The notes beneath the pieces are model-generated. The model saw only the letters and a list, made by a program, of their open reading frames with translations, was not told the origin of the DNA and did no database searches. The position numbers and the translations under genes are program-made. From a virus, in the IMG/VR virus record IMGVR_UViG_3300030099_006646, positions 64,001 to 128,000 of that record: a DNA stretch of 64,000 nt; one strand, written 5' to 3'. Of the stretch, positions 17,156 to 26,662 are shown in pieces. How positions within the stretch are numbered: the first letter of the stretch is position 1; every line of letters begins with the position of its first letter.

Positions 17156-19729
17156 ATGGCTGCACCTTTTGATAATAATGCTGTTTCTATTTACGGACAG
17201 TATGCACAATTTGAGCTACTAGCAAGTGGCTCCTCCGCACCTGCTGCCTCCGGGTCCGCAGTGCGCGTCTTCGCTTCCGCGTCCAAACTTTACATGGTAC
17301 GTCCTGGTGAAGATCACAAAGAAATCGCTACCACCTCTGATGGTCTTGATTTCAACTTACAAGACGGCGACGGTATTGCTGATTTCACATTTGATGGATC
17401 TGCAAACGCTACTGTTTCTGTCGACATTCAGAACCTTTCCGCTACAACTACAGTAGCTGACGGCGACCTCGTTATGATTGACGACGGTGCTGGCGGAACA
17501 CTCCGCAAAATGACTCGTGCTCACTTTATCGAGTCTGCACCTCTCGATGCTATCGACATCGATGGCGGTGCTATTGATGGTGCTACCTTGGGTGCTAACG
17601 CTCAAGTAACCATTACTGACGCCGATATGAACGGTGGAACAATCGATGGCGTTGCTATCGGTGCTTCCTCTGCTGCTGCCGGTACATTCACCGATCTTTC
17701 ATCTAGTGGTAACACTGTCCTTGGTAACGCTGCTACAGATCACGTCATGTTCATTGCTGATGTAGCATCTGACTTCACTCCATTTAATGACAACCTTTAC
17801 GATCTTGGAAACGGTAGTGCTCGTTTTGCAGAAGGTCACATTGTTGCCCTTCACGCTGACCAACTCGGTCAGGCACTCGATGCAAACAGCCAAGCAATCA
17901 CAAATATTAACGTTGATTCCGGTGCTATTGATGGTGTAACAATCGGTACAAACTCCGCTGCAACTCAGGTTGTTGCTACACAATTTACCGCTTCTCACAT
18001 GAAAGTTGATAACGACCTTTTGGTTGTTGGTGACCTTCAGGTTCAGGGTAACATTGACAGCGTTTCTGTTACACAGAACTCTTTAGAAGTTTCTGACTTC
18101 CTCATTATTGCTGGTAACTCTGGCTCTGCTGCTAACATGGACGGCGGCGGTCTTCAGTTCGGTGGAACAAAGCTCGGTGGCTCCGCTGCTGCTGCTATTC
18201 TTTACGACCACAGCAATTCCGCTCTAGACTTTAACATTGGTTCTACCACAGAAATGCGTCTACAAGACGGTGTTCTTCGTCCAGAGACTGACAACGATGT
18301 AGACCTTGGTGCTTCTGGTGCTGAGTTTAAAGATCTCTACCTCGATGGTGTTGCTTACATCGACAGCCTCCAAGCTGACCAACTAGGCGCTGCTCTTGAC
18401 GCAAACAGCCAAGCTATCACAAACATTAATGTTGATTCTGGTGCTATTGATGGAGCCGTCATCGGTGCTAACTCCGCTGCTGCTGGTACATTTACAACTC
18501 TCGATTGCAACGACGGTGCTTTCGCAGTTGCTAACCTCGACATCGACGGAGCCACAGACATCGGCGATGCTCTTGTAGATGCTGACTTGATCATGGTTGA
18601 TGACGGTGCTGGTGGAACCAACCGCAAGTCTGCAATGTCTCGTGTCATGACTTACATTGAGTCTGGTCTTGATACTCTTGCAAACAACCTTAGCATGGGT
18701 GACAACAACATCACTAACGTCGGAGATATTAACTGCGACAGCGTTAGCGTAGATGATGCTGCTGTTGGTCTTGACATTCAGTTCGGTGGCAACACTGGCT
18801 TAAACAAAATGTCTTTGACAGACAACTTAGCTTCTGCTCTTTCTATCGCAGAAGCCGGTAACGAGTACATGAGATTTACTACAACTGATTCCCAAGAAGG
18901 AATTGGTTTTGGTAAAATGGCTGCTCCTTTGACTGACGATGCTGTCATGCTTGGTGCCCCAACTTACCGCTGGTCTCAAGGTCACATTAAGGTCCTTCAC
19001 GCTGACTCACTTGGACAGGCACTTGATGCAAATAGCCAAGCTATTACAAACATCAATGTTGACTCCGGTGCAATCGACGGAACAGTAATCGGTGCTAACA
19101 GCGCGGCTGCTGGTACTTTCACAAGCCTTGTTGCTGGTGGAGACGTTGACCTCGGTGATGCTTCAACTGATACTATCACAGCTACAGGTCGTTTTGACTC
19201 TGACTTAGTGCCTTCTTCTGATAGCGCCCGCGCTCTCGGATCTTCCGCACTTCAGTGGTCTACTGCTTATGTTGATGAAGTTGAATCCGCTACTGGTGGA
19301 TTAACACTTACAACTGCTGGTGGTATTTCTGTCGCTGGTACAGCAAATGCTGACGGCTACCTTTTACAGCTTCCAACAACTGGAGACGCTCGTGCTCGTG
19401 CTTGGGTTACTTACTCATCTGCTCGTCACAAGACTAATGTCCAAACAGTTAAGAATCCAATTGATACTGTGAAGTCTCTTCGTGGTGTTACTTACGATTG
19501 GAAAGGAACTGGACAGGCTGACGTCGGGTTTATCGCTGAAGAAGTTGGAGCAATCGTTCCTGAAGTTGTGTCTTTCGGTAAAGACGGACGCGCAGAAGGT
19601 ATTGACTACGGTCGTTTAACTTCTGTCCTCGTTGAAGCTATGAAGCAACAGCAGTCTGAGATTGAAAAGCTACAAAATGTAGTTTTAAATCTTACTTCTG
19701 AGCAACCTAGCCTCTTAGAAGACAAGTAG
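17156..19729 (+). CDS. second fibre protein with peptidase S74 chaperone
   Basis: IDGGAIDG/IGAN fibre repeats; YSSARHKTNV, GFIAEEV, IDYGRL. Confidence 0.85.
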   Translation: MAAPFDNNAVSIYGQYAQFELLASGSSAPAASGSAVRVFASASKLYMVRPGEDHKEIATTSDGLDFNLQDGDGIADFTFDGSANATVSVDIQNLSATTTVADGDLVMIDDGAGGTLRKMTRAHFIESAPLDAIDIDGGAIDGATLGANAQVTITDADMNGGTIDGVAIGASSAAAGTFTDLSSSGNTVLGNAATDHVMFIADVASDFTPFNDNLYDLGNGSARFAEGHIVALHADQLGQALDANSQAITNINVDSGAIDGVTIGTNSAATQVVATQFTASHMKVDNDLLVVGDLQVQGNIDSVSVTQNSLEVSDFLIIAGNSGSAANMDGGGLQFGGTKLGGSAAAAILYDHSNSALDFNIGSTTEMRLQDGVLRPETDNDVDLGASGAEFKDLYLDGVAYIDSLQADQLGAALDANSQAITNINVDSGAIDGAVIGANSAAAGTFTTLDCNDGAFAVANLDIDGATDIGDALVDADLIMVDDGAGGTNRKSAMSRVMTYIESGLDTLANNLSMGDNNITNVGDINCDSVSVDDAAVGLDIQFGGNTGLNKMSLTDNLASALSIAEAGNEYMRFTTTDSQEGIGFGKMAAPLTDDAVMLGAPTYRWSQGHIKVLHADSLGQALDANSQAITNINVDSGAIDGTVIGANSAAAGTFTSLVAGGDVDLGDASTDTITATGRFDSDLVPSSDSARALGSSALQWSTAYVDEVESATGGLTLTTAGGISVAGTANADGYLLQLPTTGDARARAWVTYSSARHKTNVQTVKNPIDTVKSLRGVTYDWKGTGQADVGFIAEEVGAIVPEVVSFGKDGRAEGIDYGRLTSVLVEAMKQQQSEIEKLQNVVLNLTSEQPSLLEDK
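17849..19081 (+). repeat. three internal copies of an ~29-aa repeat (LHADQLGQALDANSQAITNINVDSGAIDG)
   Basis: Copies at ~17849, ~18368 and ~18995; near-identical protein, synonymous DNA divergence. Confidence 0.85.
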
Positions 19730-19749
19730 CAATAACTACTATTTTTATT

Positions 19750-19812
19750 CCTGCCGGGGGTTTATCCCCCGGTAGGTTTATGCCGGGAGGAACACCACCT
19801 CCCGGTTTTTTT
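19750..19812 (+). terminator. tandem GC-rich hairpins ending in an intrinsic terminator
   Basis: CCTGCCGGGGG-TTTAT-CCCCCGGTAGG then CCGGGAGG-AACACCA-CCTCCCGG-TTTTTTT. Confidence 0.8.
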
Positions 19813-19863
19813 ATGCGACATTTTATAAAATTTTTCATTTAAGTCTTTTAGAACAATGAGATA

Positions 19864-19870
19864 CTATTTA
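19864..19870 (+). promoter_or_regulatory. putative late promoter element CTATTTA
   Basis: Upstream of scaffold/MCP operon, just after a terminator. Confidence 0.65.
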
Positions 19871-19902
19871 TTAGAGACTAATTCTATTCGGAGGAGAACA
19901 AA

Positions 19903-21051
19903 ATGTCATCTATGCTCGAACAAGCCATCATTGATGCTGAAGCCTTAAGAGAAGTTGCTCTTAAGAACGCTGAAGCCGCCGTTATCGAAAAGTATTCTAC
20001 CCAAATTAAAGAAGCAGTAGAAGAGATTTTAAACACAACCACTCTTAACGAAGAAGAGGAAGAAGACGAAAAGCCAACAGACGTACTTGACCAAGTACAA
20101 CACGCAGCCGCAGATGACGACCATGAGCATGATGATGACTGTCCGTGTCCTGACAAGGAAGACAAAGAAGAAGTTGTTCTTGATCTTACAGATCTTCTAG
20201 ATGCCATGAAGAATGAAGAAGAAGACGAAGGTCTAGATGTTTCTGAGATGTTAGACAGAGAAGAAGTCGCGGAAGAAATCGTACCAGAAGATGATGAATC
20301 AATGGATGAAGAAATTGAACTTGATGAAGCTGCTTTGGAATCTCTCCTAGAAACAGAGGAAGAACTCGAAGAAGAATCAAAACCGGATTTTTTAGATCTT
20401 GATAAAGATGGAGATAAAGAAGAGCCGATGAAAAAAGCTGCAAAAGAAAAGGAAGTAAACGAAGAGACAATAGAAGCAGAAGTTGAAATCTCCGAAGATA
20501 ATATTGCTGACATTGTTTCCGAAGTTCTTGCAGATCTTACAGAAGAAGTTACAGTAGACATTGCAGATCCTCTTCCAAAAGCAGGTTGGTCAGAATCTAA
20601 GCCCGCTGAAGCTGGTACAGAAGAGTATCAAGAAACTCTTAGAAAAGAAATTGAAAAAACAAAAGAAGCTACAAATGAGAATAAAGAACTCAAAGCACGA
20701 AATAAAAAACTAAACGAAACACTTAACAAGGTGCATGGAGTTTTGAAAGAAACTGCTACTGCTAATGCACGATTGTTATATACGAACAAGGTTTTAACAA
20801 ACACCTCCTTGAATGAGCGACAAAAGATTAAAATTGTCGAAGCGTTGTCTAAAGCCGGTTCTGTTGAAGAAGCAAAGATTATCTTTGAGACTCTTCAAAG
20901 CGCAGTGGGCACTTCTGCTAATGTAAAACAGCCACAATCACTGAGCGAAGCGGTTACAAAAAGTTCTTCAACTTATTTGCCAAAGACAGAAAAGAAGCAA
21001 GATAAATCTTCTTCTGCTACTGATCGATGGAAAATTTTAGCAGGTCTATAA
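19903..21051 (+). CDS. prohead scaffolding/core protein (gp22-like)
   Basis: Highly acidic coiled coil, many LxE sites, directly upstream of MCP; SD GGAGG. Confidence 0.8.
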   Translation: MSSMLEQAIIDAEALREVALKNAEAAVIEKYSTQIKEAVEEILNTTTLNEEEEEDEKPTDVLDQVQHAAADDDHEHDDDCPCPDKEDKEEVVLDLTDLLDAMKNEEEDEGLDVSEMLDREEVAEEIVPEDDESMDEEIELDEAALESLLETEEELEEESKPDFLDLDKDGDKEEPMKKAAKEKEVNEETIEAEVEISEDNIADIVSEVLADLTEEVTVDIADPLPKAGWSESKPAEAGTEEYQETLRKEIEKTKEATNENKELKARNKKLNETLNKVHGVLKETATANARLLYTNKVLTNTSLNERQKIKIVEALSKAGSVEEAKIIFETLQSAVGTSANVKQPQSLSEAVTKSSSTYLPKTEKKQDKSSSATDRWKILAGL

Positions 21052-21084
21052 AAACAAACTAAAATAATAAGGAGAATTTAAATA

Positions 21085-22860
21085 ATGTCTGTTTTACAAA
21101 AACTTACTGAAGGTATTCAAACACGCAACCTTCAGCAAGAAGGAGATGCCCTCCTCGAAAAGTGGGAGCGCACCGGACTTCTTGAAGGAATTACTGACGA
21201 GAATAAGCGTCAAGGAATGGCTCGTCTTCTAGAAAACCAAGCAGCTCAGTTGCTTAAAGAATCCTCTAGCATGGCTGCTGGAGATGTGGAAGGTTTCGCT
21301 TCTGTTGCTTTCCCAATTGTCCGCCGCGTATTCGGTGGTCTTATCGCGAATGATCTTGTATCCGTCCAGCCAATGAGCCTCCCTTCTGGTCTCATTTTCT
21401 TCTTGGACTTTCAAGTTTCCGATGAAACACCTAAGCTTGATTTTGATGCAGGTGACTCCCTCTACGGTGGTGGAGTTGTTGCAAGTCAATTGACAGGTGG
21501 TGTTAACCTTGAAGGCGATAACGCTTCCAAAGGTGCTTACAACTTGAACAATGGCTACGCTTCCCCAACTGGCTCTCACGATATTGCTGGTGGAACTTTA
21601 GTGGTTATTGCTTCTGGTTCTGTTGGTTCTGCTGCTGGAACATTCCCGCATCTAAACCAAGCTGCTCAAGATAAGCTTGACAAGCTCGTTCGTTTCGACC
21701 CTGACTTGTCTGGTTCTTTGGTCGTTGTTGTTGAGACAACAGGTTCTACTGCTGGAAACATGGAACAACTTAATGTTAAAAACCTTGTTCCAATGATTGA
21801 AACTAGACTCGGCACTACGGCAAAGCTTGTTCGTCGTTTGACAACAGTTGCGACAGGATCTTCATCCGACGATCCTTCCACATCAAACTTCAGACTTCAG
21901 CTTACCTTTGCTCAGGCTGCTGGCACCACTCCGTTCGATAATGGAGCAGGCACCTCTCTTATGGGTAACTTAACTGGTGCAGCAACACTTGTAGGGCTTC
22001 AGTACAACATTGATGACAACTTCACTGCTAGTACAGCAATTGGTTCTGTTGTCGGTGCTACTGCTTGGGAACTCGAAGCTAATACTGGTATTCCAGAGAT
22101 TGACATCAAAGTTGACTCTGTTGCCGTTACAGCAATGACCAAGAAGCTCAAAGCTAAGTGGACACCAGAATTAGGTCAAGACTTGAATGCTTACCACAAC
22201 CTCGATGCTGAAGTTGAACTTACAAGCATTCTTTCTGAGCAGGTTGCTCTTGAAATCGATCAAGAGATCCTCGAAGACCTCGTTAAGGGTGCCAAAGCTG
22301 GTACTTACTACTGGAGCCGCTCCCCCGGTCTCTTCGTTAATCGCACAACTGGTGCTGAAATTGGAGCTTCTGCTGCTGCTCCTGACTTCACTGGTACAGT
22401 TAGCGAATGGTACGAGACACTTCTCGAAACCATCAATGACGTAAGTGCTCAGATTCACCGTAAGACACTTCGCGGTGGCGCAAACTTTGTTGTTTGTGGA
22501 CCAGAAGTTGCTAACGTGATGGAGTTCACAGCCGGCTTCCGCGCTACAGTGACTGCTGATGATGCCAAAGGCACAATCGGCGCTGTTAAGACAGGTACTC
22601 TAAATAACAAGTGGGATGTCCATGTTGACCCATACTTCCCACGTAACGTTGTTCTTGTTGGTCGCAGAGGTTCTGGATTCCTCGAATCTGGATATGTCTA
22701 CGCTCCATATGTACCTCTCCAGGTAACACCAACTATCTTCGGTACGGAAGACTTCGTACCACGTAAGGGTGTCATGACCCGTTACGCGAAGAAGATGGTA
22801 CGTCCTGATATGTACGGTCTTGTTATTGTACGTGGTCTCCTTGGTGAGTCCGGTAGCTAA
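21085..22860 (+). CDS. major capsid protein (T4 gp23-like) with insertion domain
   Basis: LLENQ, VSVQPM, KLKAKWTPELGQDL, YAPYVPL, GVMTRY. Confidence 0.95.
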   Translation: MSVLQKLTEGIQTRNLQQEGDALLEKWERTGLLEGITDENKRQGMARLLENQAAQLLKESSSMAAGDVEGFASVAFPIVRRVFGGLIANDLVSVQPMSLPSGLIFFLDFQVSDETPKLDFDAGDSLYGGGVVASQLTGGVNLEGDNASKGAYNLNNGYASPTGSHDIAGGTLVVIASGSVGSAAGTFPHLNQAAQDKLDKLVRFDPDLSGSLVVVVETTGSTAGNMEQLNVKNLVPMIETRLGTTAKLVRRLTTVATGSSSDDPSTSNFRLQLTFAQAAGTTPFDNGAGTSLMGNLTGAATLVGLQYNIDDNFTASTAIGSVVGATAWELEANTGIPEIDIKVDSVAVTAMTKKLKAKWTPELGQDLNAYHNLDAEVELTSILSEQVALEIDQEILEDLVKGAKAGTYYWSRSPGLFVNRTTGAEIGASAAAPDFTGTVSEWYETLLETINDVSAQIHRKTLRGGANFVVCGPEVANVMEFTAGFRATVTADDAKGTIGAVKTGTLNNKWDVHVDPYFPRNVVLVGRRGSGFLESGYVYAPYVPLQVTPTIFGTEDFVPRKGVMTRYAKKMVRPDMYGLVIVRGLLGESGS

Positions 22861-22884
22861 GACTTAGCGTTTCGTTAAAAAAGA

Positions 22885-22916
22885 GCCTCGGTGGTGAATT
22901 CCACCGGGGTTTTTTT
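22885..22916 (+). terminator. intrinsic terminator after MCP
   Basis: GCCTCGGTGG-TGAATT-CCACCGGGGT-TTTTTT. Confidence 0.85.
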
Positions 22917-23018
22917 ATGTTTGAAGATTAAAGAAACTACTTACATCGTAGGGAAAACCTACACCATATAGTTTTTGATATGATTATAAATGGTATAACC
23001 AAGGGAGGATTTTAAACT

Positions 23019-23489
23019 ATGGGAACCAAAAGAATAGGACTTGCGAGAACGCAAGCATTAATTGAAAATTTGAAAAGAGAACTTCAAATGAACCAAGCAG
23101 TCATTGTTGGGGATGCACACAAAGTGATCACAATCACCGCAACAACTCAAGTTCTTACAGCAGACGACTCTGGAGCCGTTGTTTTTCTTGGAGGCGGTTC
23201 AGCAGCTACTGCAACTTTACCAGCAGTTCAGTCTGGTTTGAAGTTTACTTTTATTGTGACTTCTGCACAACAACACATTATTAACGGCGGTGCCACTGTG
23301 CTGAAAGGCATGGTCACCGCAGTTAGAGAAGCTGGACCTGCTGTTAGCCAGCAAAAAAACAGCGCCGGGACACAGATTAAATTTAACGCTTCTGCAATCC
23401 CTGGCGACCGTGTTGATGTTGTCTGCGATGGAACCAACTGGTATGCTTCAGGTATGACTGAAAGCCCAGTACAGTTTGCTCCAACTTGA
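23019..23489 (+). CDS. putative capsid decoration/head fibre protein
   Basis: LTADDSG, TLPA, GLKFTF, GDRVDVVCDGTNWY beta-sandwich pattern; after MCP; CTACTTA at 22937. Confidence 0.6.
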   Translation: MGTKRIGLARTQALIENLKRELQMNQAVIVGDAHKVITITATTQVLTADDSGAVVFLGGGSAATATLPAVQSGLKFTFIVTSAQQHIINGGATVLKGMVTAVREAGPAVSQQKNSAGTQIKFNASAIPGDRVDVVCDGTNWYASGMTESPVQFAPT

Positions 23490-23512
23490 TTCTTGCTTGT
23501 CTCTTGTCAAAA

Positions 23513-23540
23513 GCCCTCTTCTTCGGAAGGGGGTTTTTTT
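23513..23540 (+). terminator. intrinsic terminator with cUUCGg tetraloop
   Basis: GCCCTCTTC-TTCG-GAAGGGGGT-TTTTTT. Confidence 0.85.
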
Positions 23541-23562
23541 ATGTTTTTTGGTTTATTTACAA

Positions 23563-23569
23563 CTATTTA
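23563..23569 (+). promoter_or_regulatory. putative late promoter element CTATTTA
   Basis: After terminator, before 23591. Confidence 0.6.
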
Positions 23570-23590
23570 TAACATCCAAGGAGATTTATA

Positions 23591-23872
23591 ATGGGTAAGA
23601 AAAGAAAACAAATGTTTAACCCCAAATATGCCGGTCATCCACGAAGCCGCCTTAATCAAGTAGAAGAAATTACAGCAGAAGCTCCTACTCCAAAACCAGT
23701 AGAAGCCAAAAAGCCTACTCCAAAACCAGTAGAAGCAAAGAAGCCAGAGCTAAAGCCTGCTCCAAAACCAGTAGCAGCTAAAAAGGCTGCTCCCAAGGCA
23801 GAAAAGAAAAAGCCTGCTCTTAAGCCCGTATCAAAAGAAGCTTTGAAACCTGCTAAGAAAAAGAAAAAGTAA
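23591..23872 (+). CDS. Lys/Pro/Ala-rich basic protein (histone H1-tail-like)
   Basis: PTPKPVEAKK repeats; SD AAGGAG. Confidence 0.65.
   Translation: MGKKRKQMFNPKYAGHPRSRLNQVEEITAEAPTPKPVEAKKPTPKPVEAKKPELKPAPKPVAAKKAAPKAEKKKPALKPVSKEALKPAKKKKK
23684..23785 (+). repeat. 30-bp coding repeat (2 tandem copies + 1 spaced)
   Basis: CCTACTCCAAAACCAGTAGAAGC at 23684 and 23714, variant at 23756. Confidence 0.8.
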
Positions 23873-23919
23873 GTTGGTTAGTTAAAAGGGTGTTTTTTAC
23901 CATTATGTGTTTTTCTATA

Positions 23920-23926
23920 CTATTTA
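23920..23926 (+). promoter_or_regulatory. putative late promoter element CTATTTA
   Basis: Upstream of neck gene. Confidence 0.6.
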
Positions 23927-23950
23927 CTCTGATATAGGAGAATAATATTA

Positions 23951-25240
23951 ATGGCGTCCCCTACACTTACTCCCGCTAGCCAAATGTCAAAGGTAATATT
24001 ACCTGCGACTGGCAACACTGATACTGCCGCATCAGGCTCTTTATATGCTTTAGGAGTGTATGTTGATAACACTTCTGATCTTTATGACGTTAGCTTTATT
24101 TCAGGTGCTTCAGACCAAGTAACTTACACTTACAGAAAACTCGGTGGAGCAGTATTAGATATTGAACTCACAGAGGAAGATGTCTATTCTCACTATGAAG
24201 ACGCTGTTTTGGAATATTCTTATTTGGTGAATATCCATCAAGCTAAGAATTCTTTACCTAATGCCCTTGGAGCCGCCACAGGAACTTTTGATCAAGACGG
24301 ACAACAAACGTCAGATTCCGCTCTGTTTGGCATTACAGCCTCTCTACAGTATCCTGAGTTTTCTTTTGACTATGCCCTTAGAGTAGGCAAGAAAACGTCT
24401 ACAGAGGTCGGAATCGGGGGGGATTTGCCAATTTATTCTGCTTCCTTCGACGTCGTAACAGATCAACAAGATTACGATCTTCAAAATCTTATCTCTTCTT
24501 CCGCTGCAACAGATACAGATGCTCTTTATTTTGATAAAGTTGGCAATAAAAGAGTGACCATTAGAAAAGTTTATTATAAAACACCATATGCTCAGTGGAG
24601 ATTTTACAGCTACTACGGTGGATTAAATACCATCGGCAACATGTCTACTTATGGTCAGTTCGCAGACGATTCACAATTTGAAGTAGTTCCAACATGGCAG
24701 AATAAACTTCAAGCAATGGCTTACGAAGATGCAATCTATACAAGAACATCACAATATTCTTTTGAAATTAAGAACAATCGATTAAGAATATTCCCTCCAC
24801 CAGAGACTGAAAATTTCCCAGAAAGGTTTTGGATTGAGTTTACGGTTAAATACGACCCTTGGACTGAAGATGACACCGCAGATAGTGGCTTAACAGGCGT
24901 TAATAACATGAACACGCTTCCTTTCTCCAACCTTCCATATAACAGTATCAACTCTATAGGTAAACAATGGATTAGAAGATTTGCTCTTGCAATATCTAAA
25001 GAAACTCTTGGACAAGTCCGAGGGAAGTTCGGCTCTATACCCATCCCAGGTAATGATGTCACTCTAAATGCGTCTGATCTTTTATCTCAGGCTCAATCAG
25101 AGAAAGAAACACTCAGAGAAGAACTCAAGACAGTTCTAGATGAGCTTACATACGAAAAGCTCAGTGAGAAACAAAACAATATTACAACAACTGCACTAGA
25201 AACAATGCAGAAGATACCTGTCGGTATTTTCCAAGGATAG
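23951..25240 (+). CDS. neck/head-tail adaptor protein (gp13-like)
   Basis: LGGAVLDIEL, WIRRFALA..KETLG.VRGKF..IPIPG..VTLN. Confidence 0.8.
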   Translation: MASPTLTPASQMSKVILPATGNTDTAASGSLYALGVYVDNTSDLYDVSFISGASDQVTYTYRKLGGAVLDIELTEEDVYSHYEDAVLEYSYLVNIHQAKNSLPNALGAATGTFDQDGQQTSDSALFGITASLQYPEFSFDYALRVGKKTSTEVGIGGDLPIYSASFDVVTDQQDYDLQNLISSSAATDTDALYFDKVGNKRVTIRKVYYKTPYAQWRFYSYYGGLNTIGNMSTYGQFADDSQFEVVPTWQNKLQAMAYEDAIYTRTSQYSFEIKNNRLRIFPPPETENFPERFWIEFTVKYDPWTEDDTADSGLTGVNNMNTLPFSNLPYNSINSIGKQWIRRFALAISKETLGQVRGKFGSIPIPGNDVTLNASDLLSQAQSEKETLREELKTVLDELTYEKLSEKQNNITTTALETMQKIPVGIFQG

Positions 25241-25251
25241 GAGGATGATTT

Positions 25252-25740
25252 GTGCCTAAAGATAAATGGACCCAGCCAGATCAGCCACCTCCTCCACTTT
25301 TTCTAGGAGAAAAAGAGCGAGATCTTGTAAAGCAAGTTAATGATGAGCTTATTGAGCGAGTCATTGGACAACAAATTCTTTATTATCCTATAAGCCAAGA
25401 ACATACAAACTACCATCCTATCTACGGCGAGGCAATAAATAAAAATTTCTTATCTCCTATTAGAGTGTATGCACTGGTTGAGTTTGGTGGCGTCGAGACA
25501 ACAACTGAAAAGCATGGCTTAGATAAAGTTTACTCAATCACAGTCCATTTCCACAAAAGAAGACTAACAGACGACCAAGATTTATATGTTCGTGAAGGCG
25601 ATTTTGTCCTTTACGATGATGATTATTACGAGATTGCAACCCTGTCCGAGCCAAGAGAGATTTTCGGTCAAGCAGGAAAGAGCTTGGAAGTTTCCGCAGC
25701 TTGTATTAAGTCCAGAAGAGGTTTATTCGATGCCCAGTAA
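25252..25740 (+). CDS. neck/head closure protein (gp14-like)
   Basis: ELIE.VIGQ.ILYY, YGE, EGDFV; synteny. Confidence 0.7.
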   Translation: MPKDKWTQPDQPPPPLFLGEKERDLVKQVNDELIERVIGQQILYYPISQEHTNYHPIYGEAINKNFLSPIRVYALVEFGGVETTTEKHGLDKVYSITVHFHKRRLTDDQDLYVREGDFVLYDDDYYEIATLSEPREIFGQAGKSLEVSAACIKSRRGLFDAQ

Positions 25741-26578
25741 AGATCCAAACGTTAGAGAAGAATTGTTAATGCCTTCTACAATAGAAGACATCGATGCAGC
25801 TATGCTTGATTATCTTAACAATACTCTTGATATCCACACAGAAACTAACAAAGGTTTCAAAAAAGTCCCTGTTATCTGGGTCGCAGCAGAAAGAGCCGCT
25901 CAAATTAAACAACATAAAGATTTGCGTGATGACAATGGGGCTATTATTTATCCTTTAATGACCTTGGAAAGAAACTCTATTACAAAAGATTTGACACAAA
26001 AAGGCTCTATATATGCAAATATACCTCCGGTTAACGATGAAAAAAAAGGATCTATAACCGTTGCAAGAAGAATAAATCACAAGAAAACTTCAGAATTTGC
26101 AAATGCAGATGCCAAGAGAAGATTTAATCAAGTAAACTTTAAAACAAAGAAGCAAAATGAAAAGATTGTCTATGAAACTTATACAGTACCCCTTCCTGTA
26201 TATATAACTGTTAACTATACTGTTTCAATCACAACAGAGTATCAACAGCAAATGAATGATATTATGACACCGTTTATAACAACCCCAGGCGGAATAAATT
26301 ATTTCCAACTTAAAAGAAACGACCACATGTACGAAGGGTTTATAGAGTCTGATTTCGCCGCAAACAACTCAGTAAGCGATCTACAAGATCAAGAAAGAAA
26401 GTTCATGACCGATATTAACATTAGAATATTAGGTTATTTAATAGGTGAAGATAAAAACCAAGAGACACCTAAAATAGTGAAAAGACAAAGTGCAGTCGAA
26501 GTACGTTTCCCCAGAGAACACGTTATTTTTGGAGATATTCCCGAGCCACTTGGCGACGACGGATTTTATAAACCTTAA
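25730..26578 (+). CDS. tail terminator/sheath stabiliser (gp15-like)
   Basis: Probable start ATG 25730; KVPVIW...ER, PLM, P.PVYITVNY; just upstream of sheath. Confidence 0.65.
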   Translation: MPSKDPNVREELLMPSTIEDIDAAMLDYLNNTLDIHTETNKGFKKVPVIWVAAERAAQIKQHKDLRDDNGAIIYPLMTLERNSITKDLTQKGSIYANIPPVNDEKKGSITVARRINHKKTSEFANADAKRRFNQVNFKTKKQNEKIVYETYTVPLPVYITVNYTVSITTEYQQQMNDIMTPFITTPGGINYFQLKRNDHMYEGFIESDFAANNSVSDLQDQERKFMTDINIRILGYLIGEDKNQETPKIVKRQSAVEVRFPREHVIFGDIPEPLGDDGFYKP

Positions 26579-26602
26579 AAAGTATTTTGGCGTTTTCACT
26601 AA

Positions 26603-26609
26603 CTATTTA
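26603..26609 (+). promoter_or_regulatory. putative late promoter element CTATTTA
   Basis: Upstream of sheath gene. Confidence 0.65.
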
Positions 26610-26662
26610 TAAGAGAATGAAATTATATTCACCCTAAATCTAGAGTAATAGGAGAATAAAGG

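Noticed and set aside
17849-19081. Fibre repeats as a DGR template/variable repeat pair or CRISPR array
   Set aside because: In-frame protein repeats with synonymous changes, no adenine-specific pattern, no reverse transcriptase or cas genes, no spacer structure
19884-20561. 225-aa Ser-rich minus-strand ORF
   Set aside because: Mirror of GAA/GAT-rich scaffold codons
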